DNA of 64,000 bases, from the NCBI GenBank assembly GCA_036339465.1, contig JAYZAY010000011.1:32001-96000 (forward strand). Reading direction: 5' to 3'. A model generated the notes under the pieces. That model did no database searches, was not told where the DNA came from, and saw nothing but the letters and a program-made list of their open reading frames with translations. A program made the position numbers and the translations under genes. Numbering within the stretch: the stretch's first letter is position 1; each line of letters starts with the position of its first letter. Below, piece by piece: positions 32,601 to 42,069 of this stretch. This stretch comes from Myxococcota bacterium (lineage in GTDB: Bacteria; Myxococcota; XYA12-FULL-58-9; JABJBS01).

Positions 32601-34469
32601 GTCCAGAAATTGTACACCACGGACGCGGAAGGTAACAAAAGCGGTTACGCCCTTACCATGAAGGGGGCCGTGGATTACACCGTGGGTGTCGTTGCCGATC
32701 TTTGTGAAGGGATAGATTCAAACGAAAGTTGTAAGAATCCACATCTCTCTTCTGAGATCCAGGCGGAATTAGGCGCTATCTACAAAAGCGTCGCTGCGCA
32801 ACAAGCCCTGGTTGACGGCAAGCTTGCTGCGCTGGCGGGGTTTTCGGCGTTGGTGAACGCAGGTAACACGTTTTTGACTGGTCTCGATTTGCCTAATAAG
32901 GCTTTTGCTTGGCATCAGTCGACCCACTATACTGAAGCCAAGGCCGCTTGGGAAAAAAACTTTAGCTCGGGATTGTACAACATACCTGAGAGCACCAATG
33001 CCCTGTCACTGGCGAGTTTTGTGGACGGTGGCTGCTTGGAAAGTAATGCAGGAGCGCTTGGGGCCCATCTTTTTCGGGTGGCTGAACAAGACTTTAACAA
33101 AGCAGGCTCATTTGCTTCTGTGGTAGGCGCGGCTACGGTTGGAAATGGCAGCGATTCTGCGTCATATGATGGTCCAGTCGCAGGGCTAAGCAAGATGGCG
33201 GCTGTCTTAATCAATGCCGATGCCCTGACTGCCCCAGGCGGCGCTTTAGGGCTACTGGAAAACATCAACTACCCAGGCGGCAGCTGTGAGAGTCTATCAG
33301 ACACTTCGCCCTGGTATTGCGCAGAGGCGGCGGATCCAATGGGGCTCACCCAAGCTACGGTTGCAGCCTACGATGCAGATCTGACTGTTGCCGCTATTCG
33401 CGCTCAAGCGGGTGAGCAGCTAGACAACATGACCTTGGGTGGGGCGATGTTTGGTAGCATCGTAGTGGGTGTTGGGGATATTTCGAAGGCGCTTCTCCCG
33501 TCCTGTTTAGGAGTTGGCGCAGGTAGTCCCTGCTTAGAGGAAGGCGTGAAATTCACCGACCTAGACACTTTTCCAGGGGTAGCGTACGCTGGTGGCAATG
33601 TTGTTGCCCTCTTAGGCGCTGCGCAAGGGGCGGGTCTATTTCGCCGGTTGGCGTTTCAGTGGGAGGGTGAGCCCCTCTTCGACCCAAACCACGTCACGAT
33701 GGTGGGTTTGGGTATGGGCGCCACGGTTGTTTCCATCGCGGCGAGTATGGACGATTGGCGCCGCACTTGGGATCCCGGTGCCGATGACCGTATCAAAGCC
33801 GTTACGGCCATCGCACCTTTCACAGGCTTTGCCTACCAGTTTGAGGGTTCAGGCTTAGGTGGCTCGGTTAAAACCCTGCTCAAAACGCAAACCAGCACAG
33901 CCAAGGACGAGGCTGGTATGTGTCACAAGTCTTCATCGCCCATCACCTCTGATAAGGAGCGGGGTGGCGTCATGAGTTATGAGCAGTTTTGGGCTGTGTT
34001 TCAGGCGGCGATGGATCCTGCCGATCCCATCAATTATGTCTCCCACCTCACAGACACGAAGTTCCTTATGGTGGATGTTGAGAACGACCCCACCGCCCCA
34101 ACCAACGTCGCCCGGCGCGATTATGGTGCCACCGACCCCACCCAGCCTGATCGAGTGTTGGCCGGTTCAGAGGCGTTGGCCAAGCAATTGGGGCTCTCCA
34201 GATATGATGCTGCGGTATCAAGTTTGGGCGCATTCCACGCCATTCGGCTAAGCAACAGTTCCGGGGAGGTTGACCATGCGGCCTTTCTCCTGCCGGATCG
34301 CGGTTGTCCCGATAAGGCAGACGATGCTGCGGCCTATTATGCATGTGCCTCGCGTGTAGGCACGAAGATGAACACGCTCAGAGAGGCCGTCGTGAAATTC
34401 CTGGCGGATGGAAACGGCAACTTAACGGTTGCGGATCCAAGTATCCTCAAGGATGTTTTCCTGGATTAA
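29622..34469 (+). CDS. Very large lipoprotein of the Pla-1/cef extracellular lipase fold with large insertions, probably inactive
   Basis: Lipobox LLSGC; PYPNNL, LNTLDGFST, PTKPLKP, AIDLPLHG, TRDNVRQAVSD, DPADPINY. The nucleophile elbow reads GLGMG. Confidence 0.75.
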   Translation: MLKRSLLALFGIVLLSGCEALFPEPSTTHDLVQAGVDEGLTEEAIPAGAQGNVAAVFDPVNVDIPYPNNLLFAAGGSGPTDGTMNIPMGGECTDPADLPEGVTKADENYSDPFFVLNTLDGFSTLQPMIFRFNGSVDPDTVVAGETVRVFEVELANYLLDAKAVRAELAAPNALLGVLGDYTVEVVTDSSSTKDDTGEVIGRTYYDFVKIVPTKPLKPDTAYLVAVTTGITDLGGHPVGSATLYKLAKSKASFFDSEGNLKSDLPTSGEQSFGLANEKNRDSYGSLETIRSLTNTYEQVLAPYIPSDDIVLSWAWTTQSTDNMLKTIVKNVKAGRYALGPALHPADTSKVSTTRDLCPEVATDATCKVIADATACGANPLCTHTPATGCIASGCISYNLLGLSEIYLGAVELPYFLKTGNKSRTSFWEGHLGQYATRFYSAGSGGLGPKMYGSEVVPLVVSIPSAVLGCSKPYKTAIFAHEVLTDRTTMAIIADSFAKECMAMAAIDLPLHGINKYEGPATSNDPAKGLSPYYFVSADFPTPQAYKALHGNTCGVLDAADCHANRVCEFDNANDVCGVSSIIYAFNGACVSYSNETACTGGQSCSWDGFTCSAAPIAGAYSNLPWYSTVLGPLRERHFNLDFADNSAALAVASPNYPTGDGKVDPSGFDFINPNKLLTTRDNVRQAVSDFLVLAETIPEITDNSEGMRHLLRIGAKFPHIVGGLAGGDTSYSMRMNLGEALPGLFSDPSAAPELEIPQDEGVCSADPATYCRMKDPTNPLLGAQCPRKELDDRTCSALGTEDKVMVTKSIRAAVEMVDQFFAIKNSLGSAQAELGLAIADAQTAIKLYVATGAFFADNVSASSTSTWEKTGCMDNGLSQTEQIAKVGVFAKALMAEDHAQFGFEADEINVLFGEGGMWEPVLGQATSSDAVVEVGVSTRMLKAQEIVVEKVNAVMKVIAKIAGDDVDQDGVITTAEGGVLANTAAAVQVVTALVQKLYTTDAEGNKSGYALTMKGAVDYTVGVVADLCEGIDSNESCKNPHLSSEIQAELGAIYKSVAAQQALVDGKLAALAGFSALVNAGNTFLTGLDLPNKAFAWHQSTHYTEAKAAWEKNFSSGLYNIPESTNALSLASFVDGGCLESNAGALGAHLFRVAEQDFNKAGSFASVVGAATVGNGSDSASYDGPVAGLSKMAAVLINADALTAPGGALGLLENINYPGGSCESLSDTSPWYCAEAADPMGLTQATVAAYDADLTVAAIRAQAGEQLDNMTLGGAMFGSIVVGVGDISKALLPSCLGVGAGSPCLEEGVKFTDLDTFPGVAYAGGNVVALLGAAQGAGLFRRLAFQWEGEPLFDPNHVTMVGLGMGATVVSIAASMDDWRRTWDPGADDRIKAVTAIAPFTGFAYQFEGSGLGGSVKTLLKTQTSTAKDEAGMCHKSSSPITSDKERGGVMSYEQFWAVFQAAMDPADPINYVSHLTDTKFLMVDVENDPTAPTNVARRDYGATDPTQPDRVLAGSEALAKQLGLSRYDAAVSSLGAFHAIRLSNSSGEVDHAAFLLPDRGCPDKADDAAAYYACASRVGTKMNTLREAVVKFLADGNGNLTVADPSILKDVFLD

Positions 34470-34492
34470 CTCGGCCGTGGAGGCGGCAGGGG

Positions 34493-36247
34493 TTATTCGG
34501 CAGCCGCCGTTCCCACCCCCCTCGGGTCCGCTGCCGCAGTGATGAGTCCTGTTTCTGGATCCACCAAGATGAGGGTCGCATTGCTCCACGGTGACCGAAT
34601 TTTCAGGGCGTAGCCCCTGGCCTGCAGCGCTTCAAAGGTGGTTTCATCCAGGGCGCGGGGTTCCACAAAAACCATGTCCGGAAGATGCTGATGGTGAATT
34701 CTCCCCTCGGAAATGGCCTCCAATGCACCGGCTCTATGATCAACAGCATTGATGATTGCTTGGGCCACTGTGGTGGGGATCCGTGAACCACCGGGAGATC
34801 CCAAAACCATTTTGAGGGCGCCGTCGGGTGTCCCACCTTGAAACACCAGGGTGGGGGACATGGATGAAAGTGGAACTTTACCCGGGGCCACGGCATTCGC
34901 CTCCGAGCCCACGATTCCATAGGTATTGGGAATCCCTGGCGCAATCGCAAAGTCGTCCATTTGGTCGTTCCAAATGATGCCGGTCCCCTTGGCGACGATA
35001 CCGGCACCGAAACTGTAGTTGACGGTGGTGGTCAAAGAAACAGCATTTCCTTCCACATCGATCACGGAAAGATGGGACGTACTCGGGCTTTCGCGGTGGG
35101 TTCCTATTTTCCAATCCGGCACGTTGAAGTACTTGGGCGCCCCTTGTGCGGGGGGAATCTCCAGAGACGGTATCACGCCACCCTTGGTGAGTTTATAGAG
35201 TAGTTTGCCACGATCTTTGGCGATCAATCCGGGAATAAGATCCTTGAGGTAAGGTAGAAATTTGGGGTCCCCTAGGAGGGCTCGATCCGCGAATGCCCGT
35301 TTGCTGGCTTCCAGATAGGTTTGGATTTCTTCGATACTTCTCCAAGCGCGATTTTGGGGCAGATTTTCCATCACATTCAGGATGGTCAAGAGAATTTGTC
35401 CCCCCGATGAGGGCGGCGGCGAAGAGACCACCGCATGGCCGCGATAAGAGCCCACCAGTGGCTCCTGATACCGAATCCGGTAATTTCTTAGGTCCGAGGC
35501 GGTAATGAGTCCTTTTCTAGCAACCATGTCCGCCACAAGCTTTTTGGCAATGGGCCCCTCGTAAAATGCCTTCGCGCCCAAAGCCGCCATCAACTCTAGA
35601 CTCTGTGCCAAATCCTCCTGGACGATGCGCTCACCCACCTTGGGCACGCTGTAGGCGCCCCTTGGATTGACCCTCAGAAAAATCTTGGCTGCTTCTGGGT
35701 CTTTACTTAAAACTTGATGGCGGTGATTGGCTGCCCTCACAAATTTTGCCGTGGCCGCAAAGCCCTCTCTCGCAAAACGAATGGCCGGGGCCAGCACCAC
35801 AGTCCGCTCCAGTCTCCCATCTTCGGCCTGGAGCGCTAGATAACCTGCCGCGGCGCCAGGTACCCCCGCCGCCAGCGCTCCATCGGTGGAAAGTCGCCCT
35901 TGCGCGATTCCATCCACGACGAACATATCCCGGCTGGCCCCCTTGGGCGCAACCTCTCGGAAATCGATGAATTGTATCTTACCGCGAAATTTGGTGAGCG
36001 CGAAGCCGCCCCCTCCAAGGCCAGAGGAATAAGGCTCCACGACTGCCAAGACGAAACCAGCGGCCACCGCGGCATCGGCTGCCGAGCCTCCGAGCCGAAG
36101 CATTTCTATCCCCGCCTGGGTTGCTGCGTCGTGGGCGGTCACGACCGTGCCTTTGTAACCCGACGATTCCCGGCCTTGGGCACTTAAGCAATAAAAACTA
36201 AGTGAGAGAATCAGCGTCCAAGGTAATAAGCGACTTAGGAATTTCAT
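34493..36247 (-). CDS. ggt: Gamma-glutamyltransferase
   Basis: GGSAADAA, SSGLGGG, DFRE.AP, TSHLSVID nucleophile Thr, LSSMSP, GSPGG, DPRG. Confidence 0.95.
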   Translation of the reverse strand: MKFLSRLLPWTLILSLSFYCLSAQGRESSGYKGTVVTAHDAATQAGIEMLRLGGSAADAAVAAGFVLAVVEPYSSGLGGGGFALTKFRGKIQFIDFREVAPKGASRDMFVVDGIAQGRLSTDGALAAGVPGAAAGYLALQAEDGRLERTVVLAPAIRFAREGFAATAKFVRAANHRHQVLSKDPEAAKIFLRVNPRGAYSVPKVGERIVQEDLAQSLELMAALGAKAFYEGPIAKKLVADMVARKGLITASDLRNYRIRYQEPLVGSYRGHAVVSSPPPSSGGQILLTILNVMENLPQNRAWRSIEEIQTYLEASKRAFADRALLGDPKFLPYLKDLIPGLIAKDRGKLLYKLTKGGVIPSLEIPPAQGAPKYFNVPDWKIGTHRESPSTSHLSVIDVEGNAVSLTTTVNYSFGAGIVAKGTGIIWNDQMDDFAIAPGIPNTYGIVGSEANAVAPGKVPLSSMSPTLVFQGGTPDGALKMVLGSPGGSRIPTTVAQAIINAVDHRAGALEAISEGRIHHQHLPDMVFVEPRALDETTFEALQARGYALKIRSPWSNATLILVDPETGLITAAADPRGVGTAAAE

Positions 36248-36413
36248 GGCATCTCCAAAATATTTGGTGGAGCAGCTTTTCCACGGCCTTGAGGAGCATG
36301 CAAGCAACCAAGCATTTTCGACGTCACTGCGCCAGAGCGATCTTTTAAGTGAGTCGACCCCCCAGACCGGTAAATTTTAAGATTTCGGACTTTCCCCTTG
36401 ATCGGCAAATTCA

Positions 36414-36447
36414 TTGACAGTAAATTTCCCCCCTGCTATTGGGCGCG
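36414..36447 (+). promoter_or_regulatory. Putative sigma70 promoter for tRNA-Gln-prs
   Basis: TTGACA-N17-TATTGG with TG extension and a GC-rich discriminator. Confidence 0.5.
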
Positions 36448-36539
36448 TCCAGAGGGTATGATGCTGTATTCCAAGGAAAATAGCATTCAGACCACGGAGG
36501 ATGAAGCGGCTCCCATTGCAGGGCCGAGTCATCACACGA

Positions 36540-36615
36540 TGGGGTATAGCCAAGTTGGTAAGGCACCGGTTTTTGGTATCGGCATTCCTAGGTTCGAGTC
36601 CTAGTACCCCAACCA
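36540..36615 (+). tRNA. tRNA-Gln(TTG)
   Basis: TGGGGTATAGCCAAGTTGGTAAGGCA-CCGGT-TTTTGGT-ATCGG-CATTCCTAGGTTCGAGTCCTAGTACCCCAACCA; usual position before prs. Confidence 0.97.
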
Positions 36616-36651
36616 CTCTTTTTAACCTGTTTGTTCCGGGATGCGTAGGCA

Positions 36652-37602
36652 ATGCCGTCAGAAAGCGACATCAAACTTTTTTCGGGAACATCGAATCCGC
36701 TATTGGCAAGTAAAATCGCGGAGTTACTCGATGTTCCGGTGGGAAAAATGGAATTGAAGCGATTCTCCGATGGCGAATTGTATGTCGAAGTAGCGGAAAA
36801 TGTACGGGGCTCCGATTGCTTTATTGTGCAATCTACCTGCACACCTACCAACGAAAATCTCATGGAACTTCTGGTGATTATCGACAGTTTGAAAAGGGCA
36901 TCAGCCAGGAACATCTGTGCGGTGATTCCCTATTACGGCTATGCCAGGCAAGACCGAAAAGTGGCGCCTCGAACCCCCATCACCGCCAAGTTGGTGGCTG
37001 ACTTATTGAGTACCGCGGGTTCGACCCGTGTTCTCTCCGTTGATCTCCATGCGGGTCAAATTCAGGGTTTCTTCGATGTTCCCTTCGACCACCTCTATGC
37101 AAAACCGGTTCTTTTGGGACACATGACCGAGCATTGCGATTTAGAAAATACGGTTTTGGTTTCTCCCGATGCGGGTGGGGTGGAGCGCGCTCGGTCCTAT
37201 GCAAAGCGCCTAGGCACAAATCTCGCGATTATCGACAAACGTCGCCCGAAGGCGAACGTTGCAAAAATAATGAATATTGTTGGGGAAGTTAAAGGCATGG
37301 AAGCCGTCTTGCTCGATGATATGATCGACACCGCTGGTACCTTAACCGAAGCCGCGAAAGCACTTTTGGATAAGGGAGCCAAGAAGGTTGTGGCGTATGC
37401 CACGCACCCTGTCTTGTCTGGGCCCGCTGTGGAGAGATTGACTGGTTCGTGTATGGAGCGAATTGTGGTAACCGATACGATTCCACTGGTTCCCCATGCC
37501 AAAGATTGTCCCAAAATAGAAGTTTTACCCATTGCCCCCCTTTTGGCCAAGGCGTTGCGCCGGATCCATTTGGGTGAATCGGTAAGTTCTCTATTTGTTT
37601 GA
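36652..37602 (+). CDS. prs: Ribose-phosphate pyrophosphokinase
   Basis: [38 protein letters not shown]. Confidence 0.98.
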   Translation: MPSESDIKLFSGTSNPLLASKIAELLDVPVGKMELKRFSDGELYVEVAENVRGSDCFIVQSTCTPTNENLMELLVIIDSLKRASARNICAVIPYYGYARQDRKVAPRTPITAKLVADLLSTAGSTRVLSVDLHAGQIQGFFDVPFDHLYAKPVLLGHMTEHCDLENTVLVSPDAGGVERARSYAKRLGTNLAIIDKRRPKANVAKIMNIVGEVKGMEAVLLDDMIDTAGTLTEAAKALLDKGAKKVVAYATHPVLSGPAVERLTGSCMERIVVTDTIPLVPHAKDCPKIEVLPIAPLLAKALRRIHLGESVSSLFV

Positions 37603-37622
37603 GTATGACGTAGGAGCTGATT

Positions 37623-38219
37623 ATGTCTGAGCTTAGTGATGTCCTAGAAGTTAATAACCGCGTGCCTGGTGGAAAATCCCAAGCTCGAAAATTGCGCGCC
37701 GAGAGCGAGTGCCCAGCGGTCGTGTATGGCGATGGTAGTGAACCGGTTCATTTTTCCCTTGATTCCAAAGCATTTGTTAATGCGCGACGTAAATTTGGTC
37801 GAACCCACCTGTATCAACTGAAGATGGAAAACGGTGAAACCGTTCCCGCGCTGATCAAAGATATCCAGGTGGATAGTTTCCGAAATCGTCTCCTGCACGT
37901 GGATTTTTGGAAGGTTTCTCTCGATCAAAATGTGACTTTGCCCGTTGGCTTGGAGTTTACTGGCCGTTGCCGGGGTGTGGTAAAGGGGGGGAAATTTCAA
38001 TCCCTTCGGAGAACGATCCCAGTTGTCGGTCGCCCAGGTACCCATCCCGAGAGCGTGACTATGGATATTAGGAATCTCGACATCGGCGCCAGCATTAGGG
38101 TGAGTGAACTGCCATTGCCCGAAGGGGCAAAGCCCGCAGGCGAAGACGACTACGCCATTGCGACGGTCATCGCTCCGAAACGTGGCCAGATGGCAAAAGA
38201 AGAAGACAAGAAAAAGTAA
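37623..38219 (+). CDS. rplY: 50S ribosomal protein L25/Ctc
   Basis: PAVVYG, LHVDF, GVVKGG; position between prs and pth. Confidence 0.95.
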   Translation: MSELSDVLEVNNRVPGGKSQARKLRAESECPAVVYGDGSEPVHFSLDSKAFVNARRKFGRTHLYQLKMENGETVPALIKDIQVDSFRNRLLHVDFWKVSLDQNVTLPVGLEFTGRCRGVVKGGKFQSLRRTIPVVGRPGTHPESVTMDIRNLDIGASIRVSELPLPEGAKPAGEDDYAIATVIAPKRGQMAKEEDKKK

Positions 38220-38277
38220 GCTTCAGTCGGGGTCTTCATTCTAGGCTCGACTCCATCACTCCTACGGGGTTGATCTC

Positions 38278-38844
38278 ATGCTCGTTGTGGTCGGGTTAGG
38301 AAATCCTGGTCGTGAATACGAGAAGACCCGTCACAATATTGGGTTCGAAGCCATCGAGCGCACTGCTATAGCGCACGGTTTTCCAATCTTTAAGAATTGG
38401 AAAAAGTCCTTGGTAAGCAAGGGTGCCATTGACGGTTATGCTGCCCTCTTGGTGATGCCCCAGACCTACATGAATTTGAGTGGAGATTCTGTGGGCCGCA
38501 TTCTGAAGTTTTACAAGCTTACCACCACCAACCTCATTGTTATCCACGATGAACTCGATTTCGAGCCCGGCATGATGAAACTAAAATCCGGAGGTGGTAC
38601 GGGCGGACACAATGGTCTGAGCTCGATTTCCGCTCATGTTGGCCCAGATTTCGCTCGGATTCGATTGGGGATCGGTAAACCCCAGGGAAAACAAAGCGGT
38701 GCGGACTTTGTGCTCAGTAAATTTGATCCATCCTCGAGGCACGAGATGGACGAAGCTGTCGAAAAATCGGTCAAGGCATTGACATTAATTGCAAAAATGG
38801 GAATTGCGCATGCGATGAACGAACTGAATCGTCGCAATCGATAA
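38278..38844 (+). CDS. pth: Peptidyl-tRNA hydrolase
   Basis: GLGNPG, TRHNIG, TYMNLSG, HDELD, GHNG. Confidence 0.97.
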   Translation: MLVVVGLGNPGREYEKTRHNIGFEAIERTAIAHGFPIFKNWKKSLVSKGAIDGYAALLVMPQTYMNLSGDSVGRILKFYKLTTTNLIVIHDELDFEPGMMKLKSGGGTGGHNGLSSISAHVGPDFARIRLGIGKPQGKQSGADFVLSKFDPSSRHEMDEAVEKSVKALTLIAKMGIAHAMNELNRRNR

Positions 38845-38860
38845 ACCGAACGGAGAGTCC

Positions 38861-40954
38861 ATGTCAGCGTCCTATATGTTCTTCCAATTTACCCCGGCAA
38901 TCGGTGCCCTTGCACTTCTATTTGCCTACACCAAATCATCTTGGGTCAATAAACAGGAAGTCGGAACCGACCGCATGCGCGAGATTTCTGGGCATATTCG
39001 CGAAGGTGCGATGGCATTCCTCAATCGTGAATACAGAGTTCTCGCTGTCTTTGCTCTTTTCGTTGCTGTTTTACTTGCGGCGGCAAATTGGAATAGCGAA
39101 GCCTCCCACCCCTTGGTGGCGCTCGCTTTCCTTATGGGGGCTCTATTTTCTGGCGCAGCTGGATATTTCGGAATGCGGATTGCGACGGCAGCCAATGTTA
39201 GAACGACCAACGCCGCACGTACGGGACTTCGAGAAGCGTTGAGTATCGCATTTTCTGGCGGCAGCGTCATGGGGATGTCGGTTGTGGGGCTAGGAATCGT
39301 GGGTGTAGGTGGCCTAACCCTTATTTTTTATGAAAGCGGGATTATTACCGGCAATTGGCAACGAATTGTGGCCGTGGTGAGTGGCTTTTCAATGGGGGCC
39401 TCTTCGATTGCCCTCTTCGCCCGTGTGGGTGGTGGAATTTTCACCAAGGCAGCCGATGTAGGCGCTGACCTTGTGGGTAAAGTCGAAGCGGGTATTCCTG
39501 AAGATGATCCACGAAACCCTGCTGTTATCGCGGATAATGTGGGTGATAACGTGGGCGACGTGGCCGGTATGGGCGCGGACCTTTTCGAGTCCTACGTGGG
39601 GTCTATTGTTGCAGCCATGGCCTTGGCAGCTGCGGCGCTTACCCAAATTCCTGAAGATGCCGCTCTATTTGCATCTCAAAAGGCCACTATCTTCTTTCCG
39701 GTGGTGATTGCTGGCTTTGGAATCATCGCCTCAATTTGCGGCACGTTTGTGGTTAAAACCAAAGAAGGTGGCAATCCCCAGCATGCCCTCGACCGAGGTA
39801 TGTATGTCGCGGGTGCACTTATGATCGGCGCCGCCGCTCTTAGTGTTCATTATATCATCCCCAATGGTGTGGTTGAATTCGAAGCAGGGAAGCAAGTTAT
39901 TTATAGCAATTGGGGTGTATTTGCCGCGATTGTAGGTGGCCTCGTGGCAGGAATGCTCATCGGAAAAGTCACTGAATACTACACCTCAGATGCAGCTGCC
40001 CCAGCTCAAGGAATCGCTAGAGATTCTCAAACCGGTGCCGCCACAAACATCATATCTGGTCTTGCGTTGGGTATGAAGTCCACCGTTTGGCCAATTGTTT
40101 TCATTGTGGCTGCTATCATGGTGGCTTTCCAATTCGCAGGTCTTTATGGAATCGCTATGGCGGCCTTGGGGATGCTCTCTACCACAGGTATTCAGCTCGC
40201 TGTTGATGCCTACGGACCGATCGCTGATAACGCGGGTGGTATTGCTGAGATGAGTGGCCTTGAACCAGGTGTCCGTGAACGAACCGATAAATTGGATGCG
40301 GTTGGAAATACCACAGCGGCCATCGGCAAAGGTTTTGCCATCGGCTCAGCCGCACTCACAGCTCTTGCTCTTTTCAGCGCCTACACCACCCAAGCAGGGA
40401 TTACGACCATCGACGTGAAGGAGCCCATGGTTCTTTGTGGAATCCTTTTTGGAGCCATGTTGCCATACCTTTTCTCTGCTCTGGCAATGACTGCAGTCGG
40501 CGAAGCGGCCTTCGACATGATCAACGAAGTTCGTCGTCAGTTCAAAGAAATTCCTGGATTGATGGAAGGAAAGGCGGAAGCTGACCACAAGAAGTGTGTG
40601 GATATTGCCACGAGCGCGGCCATCAAACGAATGATTCTCCCGGGTATCATCGCGGTCGGTGTACCTGTTGTGGTTGGTTTCTATGACAAGCAAGCTCTAG
40701 CCGGGCTTCTAGTCGGTGTAACCATTTCCGGTGTTCTTCTCGCCATTTTCCAATCCAATGCGGGTGGAGCGTGGGATAATGCCAAGAAATATGTGGAATC
40801 CGGGCAATACGGTGGTAAGGGTTCCGATAGCCACAAGGCGGCGGTTGTGGGTGATACGGTAGGAGATCCCTTCAAAGATACATCCGGACCGGCGCTCAAT
40901 ATTCTTGTGAAATTGATGAGTGTCGTAGCTTTGGTTCTCGCTCCACTACTTTAA
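38861..40954 (+). CDS. hppA: Membrane-bound ion-pumping pyrophosphatase, K+-dependent signature
   Basis: [26 protein letters not shown] (Ala form), [14 protein letters not shown]. Confidence 0.96.
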   Translation: MSASYMFFQFTPAIGALALLFAYTKSSWVNKQEVGTDRMREISGHIREGAMAFLNREYRVLAVFALFVAVLLAAANWNSEASHPLVALAFLMGALFSGAAGYFGMRIATAANVRTTNAARTGLREALSIAFSGGSVMGMSVVGLGIVGVGGLTLIFYESGIITGNWQRIVAVVSGFSMGASSIALFARVGGGIFTKAADVGADLVGKVEAGIPEDDPRNPAVIADNVGDNVGDVAGMGADLFESYVGSIVAAMALAAAALTQIPEDAALFASQKATIFFPVVIAGFGIIASICGTFVVKTKEGGNPQHALDRGMYVAGALMIGAAALSVHYIIPNGVVEFEAGKQVIYSNWGVFAAIVGGLVAGMLIGKVTEYYTSDAAAPAQGIARDSQTGAATNIISGLALGMKSTVWPIVFIVAAIMVAFQFAGLYGIAMAALGMLSTTGIQLAVDAYGPIADNAGGIAEMSGLEPGVRERTDKLDAVGNTTAAIGKGFAIGSAALTALALFSAYTTQAGITTIDVKEPMVLCGILFGAMLPYLFSALAMTAVGEAAFDMINEVRRQFKEIPGLMEGKAEADHKKCVDIATSAAIKRMILPGIIAVGVPVVVGFYDKQALAGLLVGVTISGVLLAIFQSNAGGAWDNAKKYVESGQYGGKGSDSHKAAVVGDTVGDPFKDTSGPALNILVKLMSVVALVLAPLL

Positions 40955-41010
40955 TAAACATGTCGGCTGTCCCTGCTGCGGGCGGCCCAACGACCAAGAC
41001 AAGGAGTAGC

Positions 41011-41505
41011 ATGATGCTAATGAATGAATATGAAACCACGGTTATTCTTAACCCCGACTTGAACCTGGATGCACTTGAAGGTGCGCTCGACAGGGCGCGT
41101 GATTCTATCAAGAAATCTGGCGGCAAAATACTTGCTGTCGAGCACTGGGGACGTCGTCGGCTTGCTTATGAAATCAAAAAGTATGGCAAAGGCTTTTACG
41201 TTCATTTCCAATACTTAGGTGCCAATGATTTGGTTTCTGAGTTAGAGCGGAATTTACGAATCACACCCTCGGTTCTTCGTTTCCTTACCCTTAAGACTGC
41301 TGGGCGTGTAGACCCCACTTCGCGGGAAGAAAAGGAATATGCACGGCCCGATCTAGCTGAGGAGGCAGCTCCTGGCGCTGGCCAGGCCAGCGCTGAGACC
41401 CCAAGAACTGAAACCGGTTCGGAGGCGGCTCCCGCTCAACAAGCAGCTCCTGCTCAAGCGGCATCTCCCGCTGAAGAAGCGACCACCGAAGCAAGTGCTG
41501 AATAA
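41011..41505 (+). CDS. rpsF: 30S ribosomal protein S6 with an acidic Ala-rich tail
   Basis: YETTVIL.P, WGRRRLAYEI, VLRFL; AAGGAG RBS. Confidence 0.96.
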   Translation: MMLMNEYETTVILNPDLNLDALEGALDRARDSIKKSGGKILAVEHWGRRRLAYEIKKYGKGFYVHFQYLGANDLVSELERNLRITPSVLRFLTLKTAGRVDPTSREEKEYARPDLAEEAAPGAGQASAETPRTETGSEAAPAQQAAPAQAASPAEEATTEASAE

Positions 41506-41519
41506 GGAGTAGGAACATC

Positions 41520-41966
41520 ATGCAAGTCATCTTAATGGAAGATATGCCCAAGCTGGGTGCAATCGGTGATCTCGTTAACGTCAAAGATGGTTACGCGCGC
41601 AACTTTCTTTTCCCGAATCGTAAGGCCGTTCCCGCCTCTATTCGGAATGTTAAGAAGTTTGAGCATGAGAAAAGAGTTGCGAACTACAAATTGTCGCAGG
41701 CTCGTTCTGGTGCTGAAGGCCTAGCGAAGAAAATTGCTGCGCTTGATATCAAGTTAACACGTAAGGTTGGGGAGCACGATAAGCTCTTTGGTTCTGTTAC
41801 GTCCATTGACCTTGAGAGGGCCTTGGAAGAGCAAGAAATTACCATTGACCGCCGTCGAATTCTCTTGGGAGATCCGATCAAGCAATTGGGAGATTTTGAG
41901 ATCGCTGTCCAGCTTCATAAGGAAGTTCAGGCAACACTCAAGGTTAGCGTGCTCGCAGAATCCTAG
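41520..41966 (+). CDS. rplI: 50S ribosomal protein L9
   Basis: LG..GD.V.VKDGYARNFL, KLFGSVT. Confidence 0.97.
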   Translation: MQVILMEDMPKLGAIGDLVNVKDGYARNFLFPNRKAVPASIRNVKKFEHEKRVANYKLSQARSGAEGLAKKIAALDIKLTRKVGEHDKLFGSVTSIDLERALEEQEITIDRRRILLGDPIKQLGDFEIAVQLHKEVQATLKVSVLAES

Positions 41967-41987
41967 CCTTTGCAATCTGCTCGCAAT

Positions 41988-42034
41988 AAAAGCGGTAAGA
42001 TGTTCGGATCGCTCTGGGCATCTTGCCGCTTTTT
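41988..42034 (+). terminator. Long hairpin / intrinsic terminator between rplI and dnaB
   Basis: AAAAGCGGTAAGATGTTCGGA-tcgc-TCTGGGCATCTTGCCGCTTTTT, with G-U pairs. Confidence 0.65.
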
Positions 42035-42069
42035 GCGTATGCAGTAGAGGGTAACCAGAGGGGACAACT

